Counted from the first letter of the stretch, positions 38,935-52,608 are shown. The stretch is DNA of 64,000 nucleotides from the human T2T-CHM13v2.0 reference genome, Homo sapiens (GCF_009914755.1 NC_060937.1); one strand, 5' to 3'. Program-made: numbers and translations. Notes: a model not told the origin generated them from the sequence alone.

Positions 38935-40364
38935 TCCTAGGACATACTTTTGGAGGCTCGATTGGGTAAAAAGCCCCTGGACCCAGCTAGACTGAAGTGT
39001 GATTGATTTGTTGGTCATGTGACATCAGATGGCTATCCCTGACCAGAAGTGTTCCAAGGAATCTTTTAGGTGTTTAGTGACAAAAAGTTTATTCCACTCA
39101 ATGGATTTTTAAAACAATTACTGGACGACTCTCCCTTATAAAAAAGAGAGAGGAAAATGAAGTCCATTATTGATTTGGAGTTATTACAGAATATCACGTG
39201 CAAGCAAGGGAAGGCAGAGATGTCTGGCATACTTCTCTGTTGGGTGGGCACCATTGGAGGGGTAAAGGAGTAGAATTTACAGAAACATGGAAAGGCAAGT
39301 TTTTACTTTTGTAAATATTTGCCAACTAGGAAGTCAGAGAAGCCTGGAGGAGGCATGTGTGGGATGGATATTTTCATCGGTCTGGAGAATTATGCTGTGT
39401 TTGTTTTGTGATGTTTTCAAAATAATCTGCTGTATTATGGTAATGGAATTCTATGTGCATTAAGCTGTTGAGAAGCTTTATATAAAATATTTATATTTTA
39501 TCAGCTCTTGAACAAAACTTTATTCTCTCCTGTAGGGCTATTGTCTGTTGCACACCTTTTGCCTATTATCAGTCACAAAGTATCAGTACTGAATTATTCT
39601 GTCAAGTGTGAATCTAGGAACTTTACACCTGCCAGTTCAAACTGATTTTCAACATTGTGTAAAAATGCCAAAGATTGGCTTGTCAGTCTCTGTTTGTGAC
39701 AAGAGTCCTGTTCATGTTGCTCAATGGTTTGCAGAGGTTTTCTTTGAAGAATTATTTTTATATGGTTCAGTACATCACAATATCCCAGACAATAATTATC
39801 CTACATGCTAGGTAAAAATAGAGCAAATAGATTGAAAGGGCTTCTTTAGTTGGTAATTATATGTGAATGTGTTGGGAAAAAAGTTATCATCTCACTTTTG
39901 TCTGATTTATTCAAGCCCCAGTTGTAAATAAATGCAATTTTTGTACCTATGTAAAACTGCAGCATTTGTGACTGGGTAACGTAACTATACTTTAATAATG
40001 GAGTGGCTCCTCTTGTTATGGCAACGGAACGGATATAAAGTCATGCTAACAGGTGAATAAAGATCTGTGGCAGAAGTAGTCAAACTTCTTTCCCAAGCTC
40101 AGGAAAGCCCTCTTAAAATTAAAATGAAGCTTTTGGAGATTTGTGGTAAATTGCTGCCTCTTTCTTTGGATACATTCTTCCTTCTTATTTTGAACAAGGG
40201 TCAACAACACCTGGAGGTAGTAACTAATCTCTCCGGTCGATGACCTCTGCTGGCAGGCCTGAGCCAAAAACCTGGTTTCCTGATAGGTCTGGAACCAGCC
40301 TCAAGGTTCATTGTTCATTTCTTGCTCAAGCAATGCCAGAAGCATTAGGCTCCAGTTTCAGGCA

Positions 40365-41045
40365 ATAATAATAGTAGCTAACACGTTGTGAGTGCTTCTT
40401 GTGTCCACTGACTCGTGTAATCGGCTCATAACAAACCTATGTGTCATGCACTGTTCTCAGCACTGCACAAACATTAGCTTATTCAATTTTTATAATAAAA
40501 TTATGTCCATTTTACTGATGAGGAGACACGTACAGAGAGTTAACAAACTTGCCCCAGGTCACACAACAGTAACAACAAAGCCAGGATACAACCCCAGGCA
40601 ACCTGGCTTCCTAACTGTATTAGGCACTACACAGAGTAATGCTAAAGCTTCAGTTCCTGCCCCGCACCACACATTGTATCTCATTTAATCTTCACAGTAA
40701 CCAAATGAAATAGGTTGTATTAATAATAATCCTCTCCTATGGTTTGCATAGTGTTCCCTCCGAAACTCATGTTGAAATTTAATTGCCAATGTAATAGCAT
40801 TGGGAGGTGGGGCCTTTAAGAGATGATTAGGCTACGAGGTCTCTGCCTACATGGGTGGTTTAATGCCAGGCTGAGTTCATTTCTTGGTTCCTCTACTTAC
40901 TTGCTGTGTAACCTTGAGTAAGTTTTATAAACCTCTCTGGACCTCAGTTTCTCTATATTTAAAATGGAAATCATGTCATTAACTATGTCATAGGGTTGCA
41001 GCAAATGTGAAGTAAGTACCTGGTACATCGTAAGCACTGAATGGC
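40365..41045. mobile_element. MIR fragments flanking an MST-type LTR 5' fragment (40737-40868, +)
   Basis: MIR cores on both strands; 'tatggtttg...ccctccgaaactcatgttgaaatttaattgccaatgtaatagcattgggaggtggggcctttaagagatgattagg'. Confidence 0.75.
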
Positions 41046-41809
41046 AGCAGTAGGATGTCAATATTTTATTATGAAGACCAAAATAGTTTTCACAGCTGTT
41101 CTAAAATCGGACTTAACTAAGAAAATAAATTTGAAGTAGAAAATTACCACATGCATGAAATCTTTTTAGTTTATAAGTGCTTTAAACTGCAATAGGAGTA
41201 ATGATGACCAACAAAATTAATTTGTATATCAGGCTACAGAGGTCACAAAAATTCTTTACATATATCATCACGTTAGAGAGTTATAATAACAGATTGGTAT
41301 ATATGGAATTATTGAGGTTAAGTGCTAGGATTGAAACCACACAGATTGTAAGTGGAAAATGCACTGCGAGTTTCTGAATACCAAACCTAGTGCTTTCCAC
41401 TTCATTACTCTGGTGGTAAACAAATCTTTTAAAGCTTAACATGTGCAGGATTTGAGCAGTCTTTGAAAGATGTAACTTGTCTCCATAAGTACCCTCAACA
41501 ATTCTGCTTTGACTCACAGGTTGTGTTCTTTCTTGTGTTTTTGAATAAAAAGCTGTTACTGATGCTTAAGTCATAGGGAGCTTATGATGCTAGATTTCTG
41601 GGGGCCATTGTTACAAAGTCACTCAGGGTGGGCCAAAGAGTTGATTGGTTCAGGAAGCCTGGGAGTGAGGCAAGGACTGACTCTGTCAGGACTCACCATA
41701 GTTCAGAAAAATATTACAAAGATTATAATCTAATATTGTTCTTTTGCTGGAATATTATTGAACCTCATGTCAAACTGGAGGGTTACAATACAACTTCAGG
41801 GTTATTGAC

Positions 41810-42130
41810 AAGAAAAGTCCAAGAAACTGTACAGTTAAGAGGAAGCTAAGTAGATACAGTTACTAAATGTCAGGTGGTATTCTGCATGGAATCCTGGAAC
41901 AGAAAAAAAGGAGATTAGGAAAAAACTAGTGAAATTCTAATAAAAAGTCAGGTTTAGTTAATAGTAACACAACAATGTTGGCTCGTTAGTTTTGACAAGT
42001 GCACTATGGTCATGAAAGATGTTAACATTAGGAGAAATTGGGTGAGGGGTATACGGGAATGCTCTGTACTATTTTTGCAACTGTTCTGTAAATATAAAAG
42101 TATTTTAAAGTAATAATGTTATTAAAACCA
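41810..42130 (+). mobile_element. L1MC/MD-type 3' end
   Basis: 'atcctggaacagaaaa', 'gttagttttgacaagtgcactatggtcatgaaagatgttaacattagg', 'ctctgtactatttttgcaactgttctgtaaat'. Confidence 0.85.
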
Positions 42131-42146
42131 AAATAAAGAGGAGCTC

Positions 42147-42201
42147 AATGGCACATGCCTGAAGTCCCAGGTACTCGAGAGACTGAGGCAGAGGATCGCT
42201 T
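42147..42201 (+). mobile_element. Short old Alu fragment
   Basis: 'tggcacatgcctgaagtcccaggtactcgagagactgaggcagaggatcgctt'. Confidence 0.65.
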
Positions 42202-42669
42202 TATGTGATTTTTCATGTCTTGATATCTCTTAAATCTAGAGGGCTACAAAAAGATAACAAATTTAAAGAAATAAACATTTGGCACAAATAAACTATTGTT
42301 TTCAAGATGTAGGGGAAGGATGCAGTATTCTAACCATTTCTTTCAAAAGTGGACTGTGAAGCTTAGGAAACTGACTCAGGAATAATTCGTCTTCTTTGAG
42401 AGTCTGTGTGGCTGACCCAGGTGCCTCGAATCTATTCCAGGATGGCTGCATTCTGAAGAATTTTCCAGCATGGAGCCAGCCCAGTGTGCATGTTTTGATG
42501 GAATTATGTACAATCCTGGTGGTAACAATTGAATAGCCTCTTGAATGACACAGAATGAACCTCACTGCAAGGAGCAAATGTTATCCAATTGATGCAGTAA
42601 TGTGACAAATAAGCTTCTTTCCAACTTAGGTAACAATTGCCACATGTTATTCTTCATCTTTGATTTTCC

Positions 42670-43695
42670 CAGGGTACATGTACAGGGTGTGCAGGCTTGT
42701 TACATAGGTAAACATGTGCCATGGTGCTTTGCTACACAGATCAACCCATCACCCAGGTATTAAGCTCAGCATCCATTAACTATTCTTCCTGATGCTCTCC
42801 CTACCTCCATCACCCGCCACGGGCCCCAGTGTGTGTTGTTACCACCAGGTGTCCATGTGTTCTCATTGTTCAGCTCCCATTTATAAGTGAGAATATGTGA
42901 CATTTGGTTTCCTGTTCCTGCCATAGTTTGCTGAGGATAACAGCTTCCAGCTCCATCTATGTCCCAGCAAAGGACATGATCTTGCTCCCTTTTATGGCTG
43001 CATTGTACTCCATAGTGTATATGTACCACGGTTTCTATATCCAGCCTATCATTGATGGGCATTTGGTTGACTCCATGTCTTGTCTATTGTGAATAGTGCT
43101 GCAGTGTATGTATGCATGCATGTATCTTTATAATAGCATGATTTATATTCCTTTGGGTATATATCCAGTAATAGGATTGCTGGGTCAAATGATGTTTCTG
43201 TTTCTGCATCTTTGAGGAATCGCCACACTGTCTTCCACAATGGTTGAACTAATTTACGCTCTATAGCCTTGCCAGCATCTGTTGTTTCTTGATGTTTTAA
43301 TAATCGCCATTCTGACTGGCATGGGATGGTATCTCACTGTGGTTTTACTTGCATTTCTCTAATGATAAGTGATAATGACCTTTTTTTCATGTTTTTTGGC
43401 CACATGAATGTCTTCTTTTGAGAAGTGTCTGTTCATGTCCTTTGCCCACTTTTTAATGGGGTTGTTTTCTTCTTGTAAATTTGTTTAAGTTCCTTGTAGA
43501 CTCTGGATATTAGACCTTTGTCAGATGGATAGATTGCAAAAATTTTCTCCCATTCTGTAAGTTGTCTGTTCATTCAAAAGAGAGTTTCTTTTGCTGTACA
43601 GAAGCTCTTTAGTTTAATTATATCCCATTCATCAGTTTTTGCTTTTGTTGCTATGGCTTTTGGCATTTTCATCATGAAATCTTTGTCCGTGCGTA
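42670..43695 (-). mobile_element. L1PA10/11-like, 5'-truncated (~1 kb)
   Basis: 'cacagatcaacccatcacccaggtattaagc...catccatta.ctattcttcctgatgctctccc'; degenerate ORF2 C-terminus in ORFs 43049..43240 and 42766..43062. Confidence 0.92.
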
Positions 43696-44387
43696 TTGCT
43701 ATGTTCCCACATTGTATTCTACCTTTTCCTTTTCATAGTGTCTCAATGTTGCCTCTCAATACTAATTCAAAAAGAACAATGGCAAAATGAGCTTTAGATA
43801 TGTGTTAATCTGCTTGCACCTGTTAAAGAAAATGCACAACTATGAATTGCATCTTGTGGCATGATTCATTAGCTTATTTAAGTAGGAAGAAATTCAGTGT
43901 GTAACTTGTGATACCCATTTGGGGTAAAGCTAAAGTCATCATGATGATTTCTTTCTCTATCACATCAATTCCTTGAGGACTTCAATCCCCTCAGCCTCTT
44001 CCCAAATACTTCTGAGTCCTCAGGGAATGTTTTATGTGATTTTTACTTCCCACTATTAGATAGCAGTGGTCGTTTTCCTCTTCTGCTTCTTTCTAGTGGG
44101 TGACATCTCCTTTCTCAGCTGATGCTTTCTCAAAGCACCCCTATGTTGCTCATGCTGGTAGCAAGACTATCCGTCACATCTGGATCAAGATGGCCTTAGA
44201 TGTTGCTGGGTACTTTCACTTTTAATTTCTCAGAGAGATTTTACTCAAACTCTTCCTTAGGTGTTTACTTGCTCTTAGATTATAGATGCAGCTTCCCAGT
44301 CCTTCATGAAGTGTACAGTGCTGTAATCAGACTCTCTCCTTTCCTAACACCTGATTCCACTGCCTCATTTCTTCCTTTAGTCTAACT

Positions 44388-44597
44388 CCCATCTTTGGCT
44401 TCCCTGGGCCACACTGGAAAAAAATGAATTGTCTTGGGCCACACATAAAATACACTAACACTAACAATAGCTGATGAGCTACAAAAATGCAAAAAAATCT
44501 CGTAATGTTTTATGAAAGTTTATGAATTTGTTTTGGGCCACATTCAAAGCTGTCCTGGGTCCCTTGCAGCCTGCAATCCGTGGGTTGGATAAGCTTG
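44388..44597 (+). mobile_element. MER30 hAT-Charlie MITE
   Basis: 'ctttggcttccctgggccacactgg...gtcttgggccacacataaaatacactaacactaac...gggccacattcaaagctgtcctggg...gggttggataagcttg'. Confidence 0.9.
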
Positions 44598-44697
44598 GTC
44601 TAAGTATTTTCCAAGTATGCCCCTCATTTACATGGACTCTGTTTAAGCATTTATTTACTTATCTGCAAATGAGGATAATAACCTTATTCCCAAAAGG

Positions 44698-44867
44698 TGG
44701 GAGAATGGTAGGAGATGAGGGATGAGAAATTACCACTGGGCCCCATGTACGCTATTTGGGTGATGAGTACACTAAGGACCCAGACTTTACCACTATACAA
44801 TATATAATATATCCATGTAACAGAACTGCACCTGTATCACCAAATCTATAAACATAATTTTAAAAAA
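44698..44867 (+). mobile_element. L1PB2/3-like 3' end inserted in a MIR
   Basis: 'tttgggtgatgagtacactaaggacccagactttaccactat...atccatgtaacagaactgcacctgta'; degenerate 18-bp TSD aacc(tt/cc)attc(c/t)caaaagg at 44680-44697 and 44866-44883. Confidence 0.85.
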
Positions 44868-45699
44868 CCCCATTCTCAAAAGGATTTTGAAAGAATTAAA
44901 TGATGTAATGTATATGTCACCTGACCCTATTCCTTGTTGAAACAAATGAGATAATATTAAGTTCACTAATATTTCAGATATGCCAGATTGGCTTGAATCT
45001 TAAGGTGAACACCATTTATGTCCCAGATTTCTGTCTTACTATCTAAAGAGGCCAACTTTCCATAACACTGGTAATGCAACAGTCATAATGAAAATGCATT
45101 TCCTTATTATATAAGGGCTGCTTATGAAATCCCAGTACATTTCTCACAGCCAGTTTAAACATTTTATTGCCTTTATTTTTCATCAAGTATGCAAATTCTT
45201 TTTAGCAGGTTTCATTTTTGATTTAAAACCATTTTTCATGAAAAACTAAATCATTTACGGCCATATGGTCTCATGACAATCCATAGTTAAGAAAAAGCTC
45301 AGTAAATTTTATACAGGAATGCCTCTTTGATGTTCTTTCATGTGAAAGAAACACACTTTCTAGGTATAGAGTGAGATGCTTTAAGAAAGAACTCTTAAAT
45401 GTCAATAAACATGCAGTGTGGGTTCTTGCCAAGATAAAAGATATATGTCAGTATCATGCCCTTCCTTTTACAGAAAAAGAAGATATGATTTGGTTCCTGG
45501 CAGTAGGAGTCAAAACAATTCCCATATGTTATTTTCTATATGGAAGTGGAAAAAAAAGGAAAAAAGACATGTTAGGGAAGATGCATGATGATGTGAGAAT
45601 TGATAGCACTAAACATGTGTCTGTTGGTATTCTGTACTGACATGTTCCACATGGTTTCTCTCCTGGATGCAAGGAGTTCAGGCAAAATTGTAGGAACTG

Positions 45700-46330
45700 C
45701 CAATAATAAAAACAGTTGTCATTTAGTGAGAATCTACTATGTACTAGGCATTTGTAATATGAGATGTGTATTCGTTAACTCATTTAAGCCTTACAGTGAT
45801 ATCCAAAAAACATGTTAACATTCCTTTGTACGGAAAAGGAAACCAAGGGTCAGGAAGGAAAAGCAACCTTCCCAAGGGCTGATAGTTCATAAATGACAAC
45901 GCTAGGATCTGAGCTCAGGTGTGACTGATTTCAAAGACCATTCAAACCTGGGATTTGAGCTCAGGTGTGCCTGACTTCCCACAATTCCATGATGCCTTTC
46001 AGTAAATAAATAAATGATAACCCGAGCTGTTAGAAATTTTTCATTCTGGTTAACTCCCACCTGGAACACACAACCAATCATAAGGCTAGTGCCAAGCAGT
46101 GAGGAAGCGATGTGGGGTGGTCATAAGGAACGACTGTATGGGGAGCCACCAAGGCTGGGTTCGAATCCCAGGACCACTGTTGGTTAACTAACTGTGTGAC
46201 TTTGAGAAATGTCACACAGTTAAAATAAGTGTTTAATCTGCCTAAACACTTACTTTCTTCTCTGAAAATGAGGATAATAACCCTATTCTTAAAAGTCTTT
46301 TTAAATAATTGGATGATGTAATGCATATGT
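45700..46330. mobile_element. Two MIRs (minus ~45700-45990, plus ~46090-46330)
   Basis: 'ctactatgtactaggcat', 'ggaaaccaagggtcaggaagg', 'ctgggttcgaatcccagg', 'ctgtgtgactttgagaa'. Confidence 0.7.
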
Positions 46331-47739
46331 CTCCTGATCCTGATCCTATTCCTTGCTGAAATAAAAGAGATAATATGATACATTTATGGCCACTGGAGCC
46401 CAACTACCTGGCCTGGTCTCCCCTCACTTTCCTCTCAGCTTATTTCTGAGGGCCAACCCCATGTCTGTCTCATGTCATGTTCTTGCCATGGAGCCATGTC
46501 ATCACTTCCTCTTCCTTCTCTCCCTGAGAGGACTCTACTCCCAGACCCGGCCCTCCTCAGCTAAAGGCTCCCCTGATTTTTCAAGCTATACTATGGTTTG
46601 TGATAGAGTTGGGAAGTAAATTGTTTTCTTCTCAGTTTGGGCCCATACTTTGTTATGTGTGCCTCTGAAACAGGCTTTTTTTTGTTCCTTACCAAGAACA
46701 AAACTTCCCCCATAAACATTGCTTCTTCACTTATTGGTTCTAAACCATCTCTTCTCTGACCCACAAAACCTGTTTCTCCAGCTAGCAGAGGACAGATGCC
46801 AAGCCTTCCTCACACATTGTCCATTTCCTCCTTCTCGCTTCCTGTCTTCCTACTAACTCTGTCCTTCTGTCTTCAGCCAAAATATAAAAGTCCACGTGTC
46901 CTTGTACACTTAGTTACTTAAAGAGATACATAGGAGGGTCACAAGCTCATGCATTTTGTCAAAGTCTATACTCTCACTCCCAGTTTGTCTCAACTCAGTC
47001 TGATGAGAAAATTTCATAGCACAGTGTCTGTTATATGGCAACTATTCAGTAAGTGCTATCTGCCTTCTGTAATCATAGTATTACGTGATATTTAAAATAA
47101 TACAGTCTTGGACCTCAAGGGGTAGCAGTTGAAGACAGTGTCTAGAACATAAGACAAAAAAATAAGTACTATAAATGCCTTGTTGTTAAATATGCAAATA
47201 TCATGATGTAGCAATAGGCCAAATGTTTACAGAAAGCAAAGATTCGACAATAAAATTCCACATTAATAGACAAAGAAAGTTTTCCTCCACCTTTTTATTT
47301 GGGAAATATATTTAGGGGGCAGTTGAGATTCCAAGGTCTGATTTAATGAAGGTATTAGAAGTTTTATCCATCCCTGGAAAAGGTCTAAGGACTAGTAAAG
47401 CCTAACAAAAATTCTGAAATGAAGTATAGTCAATCAAAAAATGGGAACAGACAGAAAAACCTGAGGAATAGAAAAGCTGGGTTACCTCTGCTTGAAATTT
47501 ACACCGAAGACAGCCTAGAAGCAGAGTGTTCTGGCCTGGGGGCCTCACAGAAGTTATGGAAGACATATAAGGGGGAGAAATTGTCATCAAGATGAGGGTA
47601 AAAAGCAATCTGATTGGAAAGCAGCATTATATCCTAAATTGAGAGTAAGGATATATGAGAAGTAGAGAATCTTATAACTAAATGAAAATATTTTAGAAAT
47701 GCATTTTCTCAAAATGCCAGTGTAATGTCACCATCCATC

Positions 47740-48070
47740 TTTGTACATCTAAAGTCTCTCATTACTCTCTAAATCCCTGCTATGGCCTTTAAGACCCTGC
47801 ATGGTCTGGCACCTACCTAACTCTATGGCCTAGAAACAACATTTCTTCTTGCTTCCTGGAAAATGTCATCTCCTTAAGTCAGAGCCTTTATTTGTGCTGC
47901 TTCTTTACACCAAAACATCGCTCCTGGTCTTGAGAGTATTGTTAACTTGCTGGGCAACCTTGGGCAAGCCACCTCCAGTCTCTGAGCCACAGTGTCTTCA
48001 TCATTATTAGAGAGAATCGGGTGAGGGCATCTCTAACTTCCTCTCCTGATCAAACATTTTTGAGTCTATG
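47740..48070 (+). mobile_element. L2 fragment followed by a MIR fragment
   Basis: 'tatggcctttaagaccctgcatggtctggcacctacc'; 'gcaaccttgggcaagccacctccagtctctgagcc'. Confidence 0.6.
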
Positions 48071-48775
48071 AATATTCAGGAGAATGTTATTAGCATAATA
48101 CCAGGCTCAGGGAGAAGGGACGGTAATTGACATTTATTAAGAGGCTAGTGTAACACTTCGTTTTGACCTAGTAAGAAAAAAGCATGCTTTGTTTATGGAA
48201 TTTCCCCGATCGTAGATATTGTAAGGGAGGAAAAGTAAGCATCATAAGAGGTAAAAGTAGATCTAAAAATGTTACCTTTAAAATATTCCTTATTAAAAAT
48301 ATATGTCAGTAAAGAAATCATTTCTAATATAACTGCAAACACTACAGTCATTACCCTTGCCTGTAGTTTGACAAATTGACCCTTTTCTTAAATATTTCTA
48401 TAACCCTACGTGTTTACTCTGCATGCCTTCTGAAGATCACACCAAACTTCTCAAATTCTTTGGTCCTCCTGTTCCACTGAGTAAAAGATCCTAATTATTT
48501 TCAGCTGATTTTCACATACCTGTCTTAAGTCTGTATTTTATTATTTTTCTCCCATTCAGAGATTCCCCGACTTCCTCAATAATGTCAGTTCTCAGAAATG
48601 TGGCTTGTGGATGTGAGAAAGGACAGACTCTTGGAAAGAAGGAAGAGAAAAGAAAGCTTACAGAGTCAGCCACCAGGGAAAGCCATCCCCAGAAAGGGGC
48701 CAGTCATCACAACTCTAGGTTCATAGAGGTTATGGAAGCGTAGTGAAATATGAGGCAGTTAAGATTGAGGGACTT

Positions 48776-49077
48776 AGCCCAACACAGTGGCTCATAACTG
48801 TAATCCCAGCACTTTGGGAGGCCAAGGTGGGTGGATAGCTTGAACACAGGAGTTCGAGACCAGCCTGGCCAACATGCTAAAACCCCAAATCTACAAAAAC
48901 AATCCAAAAATTAGCTGGGTTTGGAGGCATGTACCTACAGTCCCTGCTACTCCAGGGGCTGAGGTGGGAGGATCGCTTGAGCCCAGGAGGTTGAGGCTGA
49001 AGTTAGCCATCATCACGCCACTGCACTCCAGCCTGGGCAACACAGTGAGACCCTATCTCAAAAAAAAAAAAAAAAAA
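48776..49077 (+). mobile_element. AluJ
   Basis: 'gaggtgggaggatcgcttgagcccaggaggttgaggctg', 'gtgagaccctatctc'; TSD aagattgaggg(a/g)ct at 48761-48774 and 49076-49089. Confidence 0.93.
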
Positions 49078-52000
49078 GATTGAGGGGCTCACTGATCTGG
49101 GAGGAACAGACCATGGTTAATTCACTCAGATTTGTAGGCAGATGAGACGCCCTGTTCAAAATCAGGAGCAGAATGGGTGGTGGAAAACCAGGGCTTCCCC
49201 TCGAATTGGGGAAAGAGACACCAGAAATGGAGTGGAGGAAAAAAATGTAGGAACATAGCTAAATGGAGCAAAAACAGGAAACTGAGACTGAAACAGAAGA
49301 TATGGACCCTCTCTCAAAACAAACTGAAGTCACAAGTTCTTCTGTATTTCCTGTCCCCACAGAGATTTTTGTCAGTCTTCCCTTTCCAGCTTTTATACAT
49401 ATTGCAACAAATGTAAACTAAAGATACAAACTGTTAATATAAAATAAATTATTTCATTCCTTTATTTTTGCCAAATATTTTCCTTAAAAATAATGAGTAG
49501 TATACATTAACATATGGGATCATTTAATGTAGCCATAATATACAAATGATAATAGCTCTATTAAAATTGTTTAAACTCAGCATTAATTCTGACTTTGAAG
49601 TCAGAAGTATTGAGTGCAAATCGAGGGACCCTAAAAACAATATGGGGATCTTCAATGACATATGCAAACATGAATTCATGTATAAGGGTGTTGGGGAAAT
49701 CAGGCTCTCACTATGGTGACAAGAATCATAAAACCTGTCCATCCTCTCGTAGTATTTAATCTAGGGCAGCTTTTTTTTTCTGACTTGATAATCCTGGCTT
49801 ATTCGGTGTAGGATAAAAGAAATAACAATAAATAGGAACACACTGTATTCCTATTGAAAAAAGGATTCTAGTGAGGTTGATGCATTTTAAAATCCTAGGT
49901 TCTGGACACCTACAATAGGGTCCTGGTTCACCACACAAAAGTGAATTTGGCAATTGACTCATGTTGGCAAATCAATTAGAATGAGGTGTTGCTCAAAATC
50001 ACTTCTGACTGTTGTTTCTTTTGTGACTGAGGTGTCTAAAATGTATCTGTGCTTTAATGGCATAGAATTTGGGGGTATTAGTTCATTGCAAGTATCTACT
50101 TCAGAATAAAGAGGTTCTTTGAGAAAAATTATGAGCCCTTTCCAGACATACACTGCTATACCACCTACAGTGAACTTCCCATTTCCTGAGCAAGGATACC
50201 TGTGAAATTCTTAAATTTTCAAAGCATTATCTAATTTGCTACTTGTACAGTTGGTACGTAAGAGACGTGCACCTTTATTTAATCAATAGCTCAGAAGATG
50301 GGCACTTCAGGCCCTGATGAGCAAATTCAGCTTTAATTTGACTGTGACAAACCATTTACCAAAAGCTCAGTGGAAGTGCTGATTTTTGAGAGGAAAGCAG
50401 TGTCCAGAAAGTGGCTAGGGAGGGTGGAAGCATAGTAAAGCATTGGAGAATCACTGTGAGTGCTTTTGCAAATTCTACATTGATTGCTAGAAATTGGATA
50501 TTCAGGATGACTCCATTCCTCTCAACCTCACCCCTTGTCATTCTATCACCCCAGATGACACTAGCCCTAACTCCCAGGTTGCGAATCCTATCTTCAATAC
50601 TTATATTACTGATAGAAGAAAATCCTATTCTTCAGGTTTACTGAGGCCATTAAAGGCTAAAAACATTGGAAATATTGCAGTCTCCATTGACACTTTTAAT
50701 AGTCTAAATAAAAATGAAACTGTTCAGAATAACAGAATTTATACGTATGCAGAAGGTAAAACAGCATCTTTCCAGGTTTCTCTACTCTATTCACCTCTTT
50801 CTCCCATGCTTTGCCTAATTTACCACTGGGTGGGACAGAAAAGATTTGAGGACCATCGATCTAAAGGATGTTAAGTTTCTATTCCTCCAAAGTTCTCTAA
50901 ATGCTATTACTGACCTAGGTGAGGGCATCTGAAAGTAATATACCTGGATTATATTATCTTATTTTCTGGAAAAATGCCTTCACTGAATTATGATTTAATT
51001 TTATGCCCTCAGCTTTTACAAAAGGTCATTTCTGAAGAATAGTCATTCATCTGTTTGGAGAGCCATTCTACATCTTTTGGAAAAGCTAGTGGAAGAGTTT
51101 GAACATCATATAACCCAAAGTCTCTTATTGGAGCATTCATGTGACAAATCTTTCCTATAGCTTAGTGACAGGGAAATATTATTTTTTCTTTCTAGTTAAG
51201 TTTGTATTCTGCTTTTGGGGGAATATTTAAAACTACATAATTCAAAGTGTTTTCCCTTTTACTTGGTTGTTTAAAAGTGTGAAATTAGTTTAGTTCTTTG
51301 TTGTTATAACTAGTTCACCATCTTTTTCCCAAAGGAAAAGTGTTTCTCTGATCTCAGGATAAAACATAATTCTGCCTGCCCTAAACAATGGTGTGGTTTT
51401 TCATCTAAAAGACACTGAATCTTACCCATAATGGTTTCCTCTTCACATTACCTACAAGAAAGCTTGAAGCAATTTTGTGCTTCATCTCCAGTAAGTGTGT
51501 AAGTCTATTGGGGTGCATTTTGTTGCTAATCTCTGTTAGATCTACCTTACTGCCTCATTCTTTGCCATTAAATTGTCCGTATTTTAGGGCTAATGTAGTT
51601 TATCTGACTATATTGTTAATGACTACATATGCCAGTTTTAACATCTCCCCATCTTTTATTCTGGTTAAAGATTAATAAATAAATGAATAAATAAATAATT
51701 TTGAATGACTATTCAAGATTTTTGTTACATTTCTTCTTCTTACAATTATTCCTGAAATTGCCATTTTTTCTTTCTTTTATTATTTCAAAATATATGATTT
51801 CTTTCTATAGGCATGGTATAATGATAATTTAAAATATTGAAGTAAAAATAGTAATATCAATGATGATGGGACTAAAACTATAAAGGAGTAAGTAAGGCAA
51901 AGATTTTGGTTTGGTAGGTAGGCTAAGATAAAATGATTAAAGCATCGGGTTCAAGCTAGAGAGAAACTGTGGGAAAAAAAAGGAGACCACACAAAGCATG

Positions 52001-52608
52001 ACTAGTTTTTATTGATGAGACATTCTTTCAATTCTCCCTTCCTCCTGATTTTTCTCTTTGTCTTGTTTTCCTCAGATAAAATTCCTTTGTTGAAATCTCC
52101 ACATTTTCTATTCCATTTCCTCTTTCTTTAACACTCTACTCAGTATTAAAACTACTCTCAAATATGGACATACTCATGTCTAAATCACAAACATGTGGAT
52201 AATGCAAATAAAACTCCATGGAAGCTACACATATAAATTCTGATTCCTCATTGAAATACGTGCCTTGATGCAACAGTGATGATAGAACACCTAGCCAAGC
52301 CAAACTCATTTTACTCTTAAGATGGTAGTCTCAAAATCACACATGGGGAGGTGAGTATAGGCATAAAGCTCACAGAACCCGAATATAACAAGGATGTATT
52401 TTAGTGTGGACCTGAGCAAATTAAAAAGAAATGTTAATGAGAACCTATGAAGATGGTGGAGGGGGAGAGAAAGATGCAGCTATTAGGATTTGTGAGTATA
52501 ACCAATGAGATGATTTGATAGGGCTAAATATTTCATAGACTGTGTTGATAATTTATAGCTTCCTTGAGAAACATTATATTGGCCTTTCCTTCTGTATTTG
52601 GGAGGTGT

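Noticed and set aside
50494-50874. 126-aa ORF in unique sequence
   Set aside because: TTG start, no recognisable domain and no convincing flanking splice pair; this length is expected by chance in six frames of 64 kb
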